DNA from: a virus
Direction: 5' to 3' (one strand)
Length of the DNA: 44,270 nucleotides
Virus record (IMG/VR): IMGVR_UViG_3300011443_000011
Span: 1 to 44,270 of that record
Below, in pieces: positions 9,101-16,654 of this stretch. A model generated the notes under the pieces. That model saw only the letters and a list, made by a program, of their open reading frames with translations. It was not told where the DNA came from and searched no databases. Each line of letters starts with the position of its first letter. The first letter of the stretch is position 1. Both the position numbers and the translations under genes were made by a program.

Positions 9101-9330
9101 AACAATCCCGCCGGGAAATCATTGGTGATCCAGGCCTCGCCGGTTAATGCCGACGAATTCTGAATCCGCGCGATGCCGCTCGGGCACGTGGCCTCCCCGG
9201 TCCACCAGAACCAGCCAGGACTATCCCCGATCCCAGTCTCGGTTGAATAAATGATGATGTCGGTGTGATCGCTCGTCTGCGCCAGGGCGACCGACAAACA
9301 AAAAAGGGCAGCTAAAACAAGTTGTTTCAT
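6148..9330 (-). CDS. Secreted multidomain glycoside hydrolase, clan GH-A type, with CBM4_9-like and Ig-like domains (1060 aa)
   Basis: N-terminal Sec signal MKQLVLAALFCLSVALA/QTS. NGSFEVGTGGW...MFVDDVRLDE (aa ~185-340) fits the CBM4_9 pattern. KVDWWEVANEPN has the acid/base Glu at 7488..7486, and EIWNTEAGV has the nucleophile Glu at 7209..7207, 93 aa later, which is the spacing typical of (beta/alpha)8 clan GH-A enzymes. VKVEARDPAGNQSS is Ig-like. A Pro-rich linker (GGNPDPGPNPNPDPKP) precedes a Cys-containing C-terminal domain. Confidence 0.7.
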   Translation of the reverse strand: MKQLVLAALFCLSVALAQTSDHTDIIIYSTETGIGDSPGWFWWTGEATCPSGIARIQNSSALTGEAWITNDFPAGLFYPYVKVMAYGSATNLLIEADAGGSVGRGYANDRDENQYWTILSSMSIPVATNVLHLKLSKPTVISPGSIVAIYLTTRTNIIVTMDDYAQFWPTNRVEDTSAPRVGNYLYNGSFEVGTGGWSFYSNESKYMAMRDLWTGHEIKYRPQPCTSTAAGGPELLSQGFYPASNKRHTLSFRARSEPAGGKIQGSILPAVTVPEGYNLAPQTNYTSAQVTLTTNWQTISVSGVLWGYPAPAQYYVNIKFPNIGIPNPCTMFVDDVRLDEGPARGTNVPVEIGLENTALGGRYQGVPVLDVFGSPGQANVEVYDADFRRIHSGSMAVPGQFTLPSNCPYGPLRAVAWLTNGVEAELYFCRLRNEKPNPYMGAHAEQWWYNNQMASRVYGWNRALSPAALFRWAFIEPSDGVWVWEETDVDMALQSGQTMLGTLYQSRAAWANRWYLTMTNVLGTFAPGERVSHATGTGYISWVASPQSITGPALQMTNVTGTFNPGGTVTGPRGSAIQVSPLYVNSPAIERFASYASETAKHYAGKVDWWEVANEPNLDGSIPKPTGQTYNFYCEMVRQAVALMPESANLIAGSGVNQTNELAQIWNLLPPETQSRIKALSVHLYEDASFRSQQFVSLNLGPEIWNTEAGVYQFSAWYGARGSWRDNGIPLLRFRDSEDFMKSWNEAVELQAWNVVQTIGGGGAKHIFYDNRSYHHYGDPTGYSAQYTEVDLQDTLKPLGCANSTLAWAISDGPRAKIQTPAHSEAWRIGDWLFVRALDRHRYSTSVTSETYDIWGNPAQAGVYGGKPSLINNPNWNTIAQALGSAAVVPDTEAPHIVWCEYPRAGIDPRPVTRIRWLAADQKYTSRKFYNDIQYRLTINGQVGKWQTGTFLEFRNPGVHIVKVEARDPAGNQSSSTIQFERVAGGNPDPGPNPNPDPKPIGPGTAVSIERVDCKLACAGVDMITVNGTALRWPYTVPCSGPLEIEFCAFDGSNRQLSLQ

Positions 9331-9536
9331 AGTCGTTTCTGGACGGATTCCATAATCGGTACGTACCTAATCCCGCCATCCTCTGCCAGAGGCGTCCCTG
9401 GGGCGTATTGCATCCAGCCTCTGCCAATCGCTTTGATGCACAGGGGTCGCGCGTCGGGCATTCGCGGCAACACTGGCAGTTTGGCAAGTTCCGCCCGTTC
9501 TTCGTCGGTTATGTATTTCCTGCTGCTGTAGCTCAT
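9327..9536 (-). CDS. Hypothetical protein (69 aa)
   Basis: ATG at 9536, 3 nt after the TerL stop. ATGA overlap with the hydrolase gene. Confidence 0.45.
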   Translation of the reverse strand: MSYSSRKYITDEERAELAKLPVLPRMPDARPLCIKAIGRGWMQYAPGTPLAEDGGIRYVPIMESVQKRL

Positions 9537-9539
9537 AAA

Positions 9540-11567
9540 TCAATACGTTCCTCCTCCCGTAACCAACAGCGACTCGGCGCTGATGTATTGAAGGTCAGCC
9601 AGGGCCATATACCGGACCAGATCGGCAAAATCCTTGCAGCCACCCTTGGGACCTCCCCGCGCGGTATAGGTCTGGAACATCCAGATCACTTGCTCGCACG
9701 TCACGCAAACGAAGAGCTTCGGCTCGTTGAGGCCAGGCACCATGCCGTTGGGGTCCAAGGGATCCCAGTCGAGCAGCTCGTTGACCTCGGCCAGGCCTGT
9801 GCCGATCTGCGCATTCTCGCCAGTCCCGACCTGGCGTCCGCCGTAGGCTGGCTCGAGGATCATCGGTTCGATCACCACGCCACCGGGTGCCACGATGCGC
9901 TCGGCGAACAGGTCCACGACGGTCTTGGCCCCCTGCTCCTGGGCGTGCTCGCTCCCGGCGGCGCGAGGGTCCACGCGGCGGCTGAGTACCTCCTCGCGTA
10001 TCGGTTCGGCCAGGCCAGAGCGAACCTCGCGGACATCTTCTGGATCCCAGCGGTGGGACCGGTCCGACTTGTCAGACTGGTCTGACCTGTTGGACTTCCT
10101 GGCACTGGCCATCAGCCTGTCCGACAGCCTGCGCCTATAGGGATCCTTCTCCGCCCAGTCGCCCTGGGCATTGATCTGGAGGGTCAGACTTTCTTCCGCC
10201 AGGAACAGCTCCTTGTAGCCGGTGACACCCATGCCGTCGCTTTGTTGGGCCATGCCAGCGCGCCCATCCGGTTCCTCCTCTCGATCGCTTGGCACGGCCC
10301 AATCACCAAAGCGGGCTTTGTCCGGCCAATCCCGGTAGATGAAATGGTAGCCGCGCGGATCGACTCGGACCCAGAGCGTCGCCCAGCGTCGGGCGCCAGC
10401 GGGATCGGTGAACATATAGTTCGTCCCCTCGGCCGGCAGATGCTCGGGCTTGATGATGTGCACCGCGCCGAACTTCGGAAACGCCCGGTGCCGGATATCG
10501 ATCGCCCAGCCGTATGAATCCCGCATGATAACAGCCTCAGGCTTCGAGCGGATCTCAGCGGCGTGATCCGCGTAGCGGGCGAAGGGATTGTCCTTGCGAA
10601 AGAAGAAAACCGCGCGCGTCCGCGGACGGCTGCATTCGACCACGGTGGGCATGTGGCCCGGTTTGCAGCCAGGGACAAAAACGCGGTCGTGCGGCAGCAG
10701 CTCGGCGGCCTCCTGTTGGAGGACAGAAGGGCTCCCGAGCATCTCCTTGATAGTGGCTGTGATCCCTTCCAAGGGGGAGAAGGTCCACAGGCCGCACGAC
10801 TGCAAATCCTGGCTTCGGGTTTCGGCGGTCTCGAGCCATAGGAGCGGCATATTCTCATCCGCCCACCAGCCCATGTTCGGCAATGGAATTTCCCGGTCCT
10901 CCGACACTTTGAGCGCGACCTGCTTGTGGCTCTCGGCACCCAGTTTCCACCCCTGGTAATGCTGCGGATCCTGAATGAAGCTCAGAAATTGAATGATGGT
11001 GGGCGGCTCAGTGGGCATCACCAGGAGATTGTCCGAGAACCCGCGTCCCTCGGCGTACTTGAGCTTGAACTCGCGGGATTCCTTGGCGTTGAGATTCACT
11101 CGCCAGGCCCGCGGCAGATATTTCCAGATCGCGGGCTGCTGGATGTTCTGTGAGGATTTCTCGGTCTCACCCAGTACCCAGCGGCGCCCGCCAGGATACG
11201 CCAGGCACGACTTGACGAAGAGCCAGGCGGCGCACTCGGTCTTTGAGGCCCGCTTGCCGCCGCCATTGTAAACCGTGCGCGCGCGCTGGAACTGCTCGAC
11301 CAGCGTGTACCACGGCTCGAGGACGAATCCGTGGGTGAGCGGTTCGCCGGTTCGTTCGTCGGCCGCCTCAACCGCCGCCCGGTGCATCGCGAAGGCATGG
11401 GAGACGTGATGCAACCCGTACTGGAGCGGCTGACGCATGGCCGCGGCAATTTCCTGAGCCGTGGGCAGGCGCAACAGCGGATGCGGCGGGGGCGCATGTT
11501 CCACGAGGAACTTTCGCGCCTGCTCCAGGAGCCAGGCGTCGGTAGTGACTGGAGGGGCGGCGGTCAT
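9540..11567 (-). CDS. terL: Terminase large subunit (675 aa)
   Basis: Deviant Walker A VYNGGGKRASKTE. The C-terminal nuclease-type region has FTDPAGARRWATLWVRVD. The start is set at ATG 11567 (MTAAPPVTTDAWLLEQ...), which overlaps the upstream stop as ATGA. The 92-aa Arg/Pro-rich extension in the ORF track overlaps the upstream gene and is discarded. Confidence 0.85.
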   Translation of the reverse strand: MTAAPPVTTDAWLLEQARKFLVEHAPPPHPLLRLPTAQEIAAAMRQPLQYGLHHVSHAFAMHRAAVEAADERTGEPLTHGFVLEPWYTLVEQFQRARTVYNGGGKRASKTECAAWLFVKSCLAYPGGRRWVLGETEKSSQNIQQPAIWKYLPRAWRVNLNAKESREFKLKYAEGRGFSDNLLVMPTEPPTIIQFLSFIQDPQHYQGWKLGAESHKQVALKVSEDREIPLPNMGWWADENMPLLWLETAETRSQDLQSCGLWTFSPLEGITATIKEMLGSPSVLQQEAAELLPHDRVFVPGCKPGHMPTVVECSRPRTRAVFFFRKDNPFARYADHAAEIRSKPEAVIMRDSYGWAIDIRHRAFPKFGAVHIIKPEHLPAEGTNYMFTDPAGARRWATLWVRVDPRGYHFIYRDWPDKARFGDWAVPSDREEEPDGRAGMAQQSDGMGVTGYKELFLAEESLTLQINAQGDWAEKDPYRRRLSDRLMASARKSNRSDQSDKSDRSHRWDPEDVREVRSGLAEPIREEVLSRRVDPRAAGSEHAQEQGAKTVVDLFAERIVAPGGVVIEPMILEPAYGGRQVGTGENAQIGTGLAEVNELLDWDPLDPNGMVPGLNEPKLFVCVTCEQVIWMFQTYTARGGPKGGCKDFADLVRYMALADLQYISAESLLVTGGGTY
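10053..10095. repeat. 9-bp-periodic GTCNGAC array B (5 units) inside terL
   Basis: GTGGGAC at 10053, GTCCGAC at 10062, GTCAGAC at 10071, GTCTGAC at 10080, GTTGGAC at 10089. It encodes KSNRSDQSDKSDRSH. Confidence 0.9.
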
Positions 11568-12358
11568 TCTGGCGGTTTCTCTTTGTGCGCGGCAAACCAC
11601 TCGAACTGCTTCGCCCAGGAACCGCGGGCGAGTTCGATGTTCTCGTAGATTGCCTTGTGGGCCCCGAGAATATCGAAGTCGAGCGATGGAGCGATCAGGT
11701 CGGCGTAGGTGGCACAGTTCAGGTGATCGAAGCTCTCGATCTGGGCTTGCGTGAATTCCTGCCCGCCGAAGGCGTGCCAGGCCATCGCCAGGGTGTCGTA
11801 GAAGTGATGGGTGACGGCGCCGTTCTTGCGCTCGGGCTGCCATTGCTGAAGCACGGATTCGAGTTGGGGCTCAAAGGGCTCCTGGGGGAAGCGACCGCGA
11901 TATTTCTCCTCGGATTGACTGAAGGCGACCGGGTCAATCCGCATCAGGCAGGTGTGGAGCCGTTCGCGGTACTGGGTGAGGGTCCACGGCTCGAAGAAAC
12001 TGGGGACACGCACTCCCGCCAGCGCGGAACCATCCGGGCGATGCTCGAATCGCCTCCAAAACACAATATCGGTATCGCAAATCCAGAAAGGTTCCTCCTT
12101 CATCGCGATCATGTCCCTGACCCATAAATCATGGGTGGACATGAAATACTCATCATACACCTCAGCTCCCACTGCTACAGCAGCCCTGGAGATTTCCTCC
12201 TGGCAACAGGCGTTGTCCCCAGAGAAGCAAGCATAAACCGGCGCATCCGGAAACCCCACCCGCAGGGTGCGAAACACCAGGGTAGCGGCCGGCAGCAATT
12301 CCGGCTTGCGGCAGGTCACCAGGATATGGACGGGCTCGGCACTCATCAAAATAGCCAC
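11564..12358 (-). CDS. Hypothetical protein with GT-A-like DxD motif (260-264 aa) in the position usually held by terS
   Basis: A beta-strand start (PVHILVTC) followed ~85 aa later by FWICDTDIVFW (DxD) suggests a nucleotide-diphospho-sugar-transferase-like fold. The start is GTG 12358 or, more likely, ATG 12346 (TGATG junction with the small TM ORF). Confidence 0.55.
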   Translation of the reverse strand: MAILMSAEPVHILVTCRKPELLPAATLVFRTLRVGFPDAPVYACFSGDNACCQEEISRAAVAVGAEVYDEYFMSTHDLWVRDMIAMKEEPFWICDTDIVFWRRFEHRPDGSALAGVRVPSFFEPWTLTQYRERLHTCLMRIDPVAFSQSEEKYRGRFPQEPFEPQLESVLQQWQPERKNGAVTHHFYDTLAMAWHAFGGQEFTQAQIESFDHLNCATYADLIAPSLDFDILGAHKAIYENIELARGSWAKQFEWFAAHKEKPPE

Positions 12359-12444
12359 CAGACAAACAACCCTATTGCCACCACGTAAAAGACCGCGGCA
12401 AATACCAGGTCGCGCGCCGTGAAATCATTCCCGTTCTTTTCCAT
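12346..12444 (-). CDS. Possible 32-aa single-pass membrane peptide (not in the ORF track)
   Basis: My own translation is MEKNGNDFTARDLVFAAVFYVVAIGLFVWWLF*. Its stop shares a base with ATG 12346 of the next gene. Confidence 0.35.
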   Translation of the reverse strand: MEKNGNDFTARDLVFAAVFYVVAIGLFVWWLF

Positions 12445-12455
12445 ATTGATTTTGG

Positions 12456-12671
12456 CTATTCAAGGGGGATGAAGTCCGAGTCATGGGCGCCACACCTGCC
12501 ACACTCCAGGCGAGCCAGATCCGCCCCAGGCTCCACTGAACCATCATCCTCATCGCCGCAAAGCCGACACCGGCACTTGCCCACCGTGAAGCCTTCGGCA
12601 CGGTAATAGCGATGGGCCGCTTCCACGTCGCGCCAGAGGCGTGACTGAAATTTCGCGAGGTGTTTACTCAT
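12456..12671 (-). CDS. Zinc-ribbon protein (71 aa)
   Basis: CRCRLCGDE...ECGRCG gives two CxxC-type pairs. ATGA overlap with the upstream gene. Confidence 0.5.
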   Translation of the reverse strand: MSKHLAKFQSRLWRDVEAAHRYYRAEGFTVGKCRCRLCGDEDDGSVEPGADLARLECGRCGAHDSDFIPLE

Positions 12672-13021
12672 CGAAGAGCATCCACGATTCCAATGAACAG
12701 GTCGTCCTTGACCCTTTGAGATACAGGCAATTCATCATACGGCAGGAAGCAAGGATGCTCCTTCTTCTCGGGATCCTTCACCGGGCCGTATTTCCAGCCA
12801 GTCGCTTTCTTTTCTTTCAACCACTCCTCATGACTTTGACTTGGCGAACTGCCTGGATGTGATAGGTGAAATTCGACGCCTTTTACCGCACTTGTCCTTT
12901 GCCATTCTGGAGCAGATTCCCAAACGGGTTGCGATTGATCCCCGAGAGTCTCGCAATAGGCTCGATTGGCTTCGTGGCATACTTTCGCAATTTCTTCTGG
13001 TTTCATATTCTTAACATTCAT
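12668..13021 (-). CDS. RyR-domain protein (117 aa)
   Basis: HEEWLKEKKATGWKYGPVKDPEKKEHPCFLPYDELPVSQRVKD matches the bacterial/phage RyR repeat consensus I recall (E-x-W-x(5)-GW-x-YG...HP-x-L-V/L-PY-x-x-L). The start is set at ATG 13021 (ATGA with the upstream stop). The 67-aa N-terminal extension in the ORF track is discarded. Confidence 0.65.
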   Translation of the reverse strand: MNVKNMKPEEIAKVCHEANRAYCETLGDQSQPVWESAPEWQRTSAVKGVEFHLSHPGSSPSQSHEEWLKEKKATGWKYGPVKDPEKKEHPCFLPYDELPVSQRVKDDLFIGIVDALR

Positions 13022-13215
13022 AACAACAACGGTTGCTTGACGTTCTTCAAGGTCTCCACGATGGCAGTCATGGCCGCGATCTCCCGGTCTGCTTTCAATT
13101 GATTCATCCGGCCTTCGCTCACCCATTTCGGGTAAAAGTTCTTCCGCTTCTCCAGTTCGCGCTCGGCGCAGCGAACTTGTTCCTCGAGCGGAATCTGTGT
13201 CACCGCCTCGCTCAT
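13018..13215 (-). CDS. Hypothetical protein (65 aa)
   Basis: ATG at 13215, 3 nt after the dnaB stop. It looks helical and charged. No motif recognised. Confidence 0.5.
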   Translation of the reverse strand: MSEAVTQIPLEEQVRCAERELEKRKNFYPKWVSEGRMNQLKADREIAAMTAIVETLKNVKQPLLL

Positions 13216-13218
13216 AAT

Positions 13219-14742
13219 TCATAATTCGCTTTCTGCCTCGGCCTCGAGTTCTGCCTCCTGGTTGATCGCCGTGACCCGCCGGCCAGCCTCCACCGCCCCG
13301 GTGTTAGCGTGGCGATCCAGAAACCGGAAGGTCGGCCGGTGAAAGGTCAGCTCCACCCCGCCCGTGGGGCCGTTGCGCTGCTTCACCATCTCGAGGTTGA
13401 CCAGCCAGGTCTCTTCCCTGGCTTCCCTGGCTTCGGGGCTCTCTGATTCGTCCGACGGGTCGGACTTGTCTGACTTGTCGGACCGCCGATCGCGGTAAAG
13501 GATCCCGATGTTGTCCGCCATCTGCTCGAGGTAACCGCTCTCGCGGAGGTCGCTCTTCATTGGGCGGCGCTTCTTGCTCTTGGCCATTTCGCGCTGCCCT
13601 TCCCGATTGAGTTGGGAGAGCACCAGGACTGGCACGTCGAGCGTGAGAGCAAGCCAGCGGCAGGCGCTCATCAGCAGTTTGCCCTCGAGCTTCATGTCGC
13701 CGCGGGCCTCGGGCGCGTAGCATTCGTGAAGGTGATCGAGCATCAGGATCCGGCAGCCGAATTGCTTCACCAGGCGCCGGCCGCGGACCCGGATGTTGAG
13801 CGGGGTCAATTCGCCTCGGTCATCGATGTAGATCGGGGCGGGTGTTAGGCGTCCCGCGCTGCGCACGAGCGCTTGCAGGTCCAGATCGCTCGCGTAGCCG
13901 GAATGGACTTTCTTGCCGTTGACGCGGCCCTCGATGCAGAGCAGGCGCATGGTCAATTCGTTGCGGCCGCTCTCGGCGCTCAGGATGCCCACGGGCGCGC
14001 CCTGGTTGACGGCGATGTGATCCGCGATGTTCAGCATGAGGCTGGTCTTACCCACGCTCGATTCGCCACCGAGCAGGGTGAGTTCGCGGGGTTTATAGCC
14101 TGTGGTGAGTTTGTTGTAGTAGCCCCAGGGGGATTGCAAGCCAGTGGCAAGACCGTTGGTCCGGTGTTCGGTCGATAACTCGATTGTCCTCAGCACCCCG
14201 GGAATGAGATCGCCGATCCGGCTGGGGCCGTGGTTCGCGCTGGCGCCCTGGTCGCTGAGCGCGATGACCTCGCCCTCGAATTGGGTGATCAGTTCCCCGG
14301 CATCGGTGGCGGTGGCGGCCCGGCCCAGGTGGGCGCCGGCTATTTGAAGGCTTTGGCGGATCCGCCATTTGCCCGCGACCTCGTCCAGGTAAAGCCCGAT
14401 CTGGGCGGGGCACGGGCTGGCATCTTCTAACTCCGAGACGTAGCTAATGCCGCCGACGTCATCGAGCTGGCGCAGATCGCGCAACCGGGTGACGAGCAGG
14501 ACGAGGTCCGGCCGGCGATTCTCGGCGTCGAGCGCGAGCATCGCCTGGTAAATGGTCCGGTGCTTGAGATCGTAGAACTGGCAGCCGGCCTCGGTGGCAT
14601 CGGTGCAGGCCAGCTTCTCCTGGGCCAGGCCCATGGCGGTCTCGAAGGCGTCGCCGGGATCGCCCGCGGCCTGGAGCAGGCTGCCTAACACCCCGCGTTC
14701 GGCTTCGGGCGCGTGGGGGGGGAGGTTGGATTCGGGGTTCAT
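13219..14742 (-). CDS. dnaB: Replicative DNA helicase, DnaB family (507 aa)
   Basis: N-terminal LPPHAPEAERGVLGSLLQ is the DnaB signature. Walker A is GGESSVGKTSLMLNIA, Walker B is ILMLDHL, and SQLNRE is present. The start is set at ATG 14742 (ATGA with the loader stop). Confidence 0.9.
   Translation of the reverse strand: MNPESNLPPHAPEAERGVLGSLLQAAGDPGDAFETAMGLAQEKLACTDATEAGCQFYDLKHRTIYQAMLALDAENRRPDLVLLVTRLRDLRQLDDVGGISYVSELEDASPCPAQIGLYLDEVAGKWRIRQSLQIAGAHLGRAATATDAGELITQFEGEVIALSDQGASANHGPSRIGDLIPGVLRTIELSTEHRTNGLATGLQSPWGYYNKLTTGYKPRELTLLGGESSVGKTSLMLNIADHIAVNQGAPVGILSAESGRNELTMRLLCIEGRVNGKKVHSGYASDLDLQALVRSAGRLTPAPIYIDDRGELTPLNIRVRGRRLVKQFGCRILMLDHLHECYAPEARGDMKLEGKLLMSACRWLALTLDVPVLVLSQLNREGQREMAKSKKRRPMKSDLRESGYLEQMADNIGILYRDRRSDKSDKSDPSDESESPEAREAREETWLVNLEMVKQRNGPTGGVELTFHRPTFRFLDRHANTGAVEAGRRVTAINQEAELEAEAESEL
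13441..13483. repeat. 9-bp-periodic GTCNGAC array C (5 units) inside dnaB
   Basis: CTCTGAT at 13441, GTCCGAC at 13450, GTCGGAC at 13459, GTCTGAC at 13468, GTCGGAC at 13477. It encodes RRSDKSDKSDPSDESE, an insertion-like acidic loop near the helicase C-terminus. Confidence 0.9.
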
Positions 14743-15464
14743 TTCCGGAAGCATTCCCAGTCGCATTCGATGATGCCGCCGCCCTGCCGGGCCCGGTTGA
14801 CGATCGGTTCGCCCAGGAACTCGGCGAAACCGGCGTGGCTGTCGTTCGAGATGAGGACGGTGTCGCGTTTGGCATGGTACCGGTCGCTGACGAGTTCGCG
14901 CAGGAATCGTGAGCTGGCGTCGCTCTCGGCGCTGGCCGAGCAGTCGTCGAACACGAGCAGGCTCGGCGCCGCGAATTGGTCGATGACCTCGCGCCTCGAC
15001 CGGGCCGAGGCCGGTCTCAAGCCCTCTTCCATCGCCAGGCAGGCCCGGTAAAGGCTCGAGTACCGGGCCGATCGCAGACGCCAGATGGCCAGCAGCATCA
15101 GGCCGGCCGCGAGCACGGTCTTGCCGGAGCCATGGTACCCCGCCAGCCCGACGACGACGCCGGTGTCCCGCTCGGCTCGTCCCTCAATCCGGAGCCGCGC
15201 CACGTTGTAGGCGGCGTCCCACGCGGCGTGGCCGCTGGGATTGGGATCGAGATACGCCGGTTTCCCTAACACTTTGGAGCGGAATCTCCACCACTCCTTC
15301 GCCGAGCGCGGAATATCCGCCTCGAAGTGAAGGTCCATCCGTTTCATGCGTCGTTGCGAGCGCGCAAATTCCTCGTCGGAGATGACGCGCGGCGGACCGC
15401 CCCAGGGATTCTGCTCGGGCCGATACACGGCGGGGGATTCATCGCCTGAAAGGTCTCTATTCAT
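14739..15464 (-). CDS. DnaC/IstB-like AAA+ helicase loader (241 aa)
   Basis: Walker A GYHGSGKTVLAAG and Walker B LLVFDD. It sits immediately upstream of dnaB. The start is set at ATG 15464, after the stop of the upstream gene (15472). Confidence 0.75.
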   Translation of the reverse strand: MNRDLSGDESPAVYRPEQNPWGGPPRVISDEEFARSQRRMKRMDLHFEADIPRSAKEWWRFRSKVLGKPAYLDPNPSGHAAWDAAYNVARLRIEGRAERDTGVVVGLAGYHGSGKTVLAAGLMLLAIWRLRSARYSSLYRACLAMEEGLRPASARSRREVIDQFAAPSLLVFDDCSASAESDASSRFLRELVSDRYHAKRDTVLISNDSHAGFAEFLGEPIVNRARQGGGIIECDWECFRK

Positions 15465-15471
15465 GCGTGTG

Positions 15472-16356
15472 TTAGTTGAGTTTTTTGAGCTCGGATTTCC
15501 GCTGCATTTCATGCGCAAACGCCTTGGACCCACCCCTCACGCCAGGAGGGGCTTTGCCATGTCCGCCCGACGCAGGCGTGCGTTCGCGGATCTTGGCCAG
15601 GACGAAGGAGGCGTGCCGCCGCAGCCGGGTGCGGTCGATGCCCTTCCATCGGTCGGCCGGGGTCTTGCGCTCCTGGTTGTCCCACTCCGCCTCGAGCTGG
15701 ACCAGGGTCATGCCCTCCATCTGGGCCGCGGCCTGCCACTCCTGGTGGCTCGGCCATTCGGCGTAGCTGTGGTGTCCGTTTTGATACTCGGACTCCGCAG
15801 AATCCGGAGAGTCTGAGCGAGCTTCAGAAACGGGCGCGGGCTTGGAGGTCGCCAAGGCTGCGGTGGCGCCTCCCACCGTACCCTGTGGTACCACTACCCG
15901 CGCCTTTTCTTCTTCTGAAGTTGAATCTGAATATGAAGGTGAAATATGAAGAGGGTTGTTACCGGGGCGTTTCAAAGGCGTTACAGAATCAGTTGTTAAA
16001 TCAGGAGTTACCTCATCGTTACGCCGGTGTTTCTCAACTCTTTGTTTCGTGCTAACACGTTGAGCGTGTTCGCGTTGCATCCTTCTATTGATGACAGTTA
16101 CTTGAGTGTTACATCGGAGAATGTTTGCGGTGTCTGTTGCTTCCAATTCCTTTAAAGCGGAACGCATTTGGGGGGAAGAACAGCGAGCCAGACGGGCAAG
16201 TTGCGATTCACTTCCTGTTATAAATCCGGTACGGGACATGTCGTGCATGCGGCAAAGCAGATCGATCCAGATACCACGAGTGGCCGGTGAGCACTTCGAT
16301 AAAGCGCCGTCTCTGAGCCAGTCCCCGTAGTAGAGTTGGAAGAAGGGCAGCTTCAC
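15472..16356 (-). CDS. DUF1376 (YdaU-like) replication protein
   Basis: KLPFFQLYYGDWLRDGALSKCSPATRGIWIDLLCRMH is the DUF1376 N-terminal signature. The start is uncertain. GTG 16356 is proposed (MKLPFFQLYY...) because that signature normally sits at the N-terminus and the longer ORF overlaps 16403..16624. Confidence 0.65.
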   Translation of the reverse strand: MKLPFFQLYYGDWLRDGALSKCSPATRGIWIDLLCRMHDMSRTGFITGSESQLARLARCSSPQMRSALKELEATDTANILRCNTQVTVINRRMQREHAQRVSTKQRVEKHRRNDEVTPDLTTDSVTPLKRPGNNPLHISPSYSDSTSEEEKARVVVPQGTVGGATAALATSKPAPVSEARSDSPDSAESEYQNGHHSYAEWPSHQEWQAAAQMEGMTLVQLEAEWDNQERKTPADRWKGIDRTRLRRHASFVLAKIRERTPASGGHGKAPPGVRGGSKAFAHEMQRKSELKKLN

Positions 16357-16402
16357 CTTTTGTGTATCGTGTGCGATGGGATCCAGGACATCGATAAAGC
16401 CC

Positions 16403-16624
16403 CTAACCGATTGTGGCTGCGCTGACCGGGTCGCCGTTGCGGAAGGCGGCGTAACGACTGGCAACAGTGCTTTTCTTTGGGCGTTTTTTGAGCGCCAGCG
16501 AAACAGGGCCAAGCCTGGGCGGTGGCAGGTTGGCATCGTTGATGATGATCGTCTCGAGGGCACTGGCCTGGCGGTGCAGTTGCGCGATCTCCTGCTTCAG
16601 TTGGTTGATTAATTGAGGACTCAT
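16403..16624 (-). CDS. Hypothetical protein (73 aa), N-terminal coiled coil
   Basis: MSPQLINQLKQEIAQLHRQASALE.... It is an alternative to the N-terminal extension of the DUF1376 ORF. Confidence 0.4.
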   Translation of the reverse strand: MSPQLINQLKQEIAQLHRQASALETIIINDANLPPPRLGPVSLALKKRPKKSTVASRYAAFRNGDPVSAATIG

Positions 16625-16654
16625 TGGTTTTTGTTTCCCTTTTTGTGGTGTTAG

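Noticed and set aside
9540-11843. 767-aa version of terL starting at 11843
   Set aside because: The first 92 residues are Arg/Pro-rich (out-of-frame GC-rich character) and fully overlap the 11564..12358 gene. ATG 11567 gives an ATGA junction and a normal TerL N-terminus.
12668-13222. 184-aa version of the RyR-domain ORF
   Set aside because: The N-terminal 67 residues overlap the 13018..13215 gene in another frame and look non-coding (Arg/Gly/Asp-rich). ATG 13021 gives an ATGA junction.
16356-16563. Long N-terminal extension of the DUF1376 replication protein
   Set aside because: The DUF1376 signature normally starts at the N-terminus. The extension is Ser/Arg/Pro-rich and overlaps the more plausible 73-aa coiled-coil ORF. 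The exact start remains uncertain.
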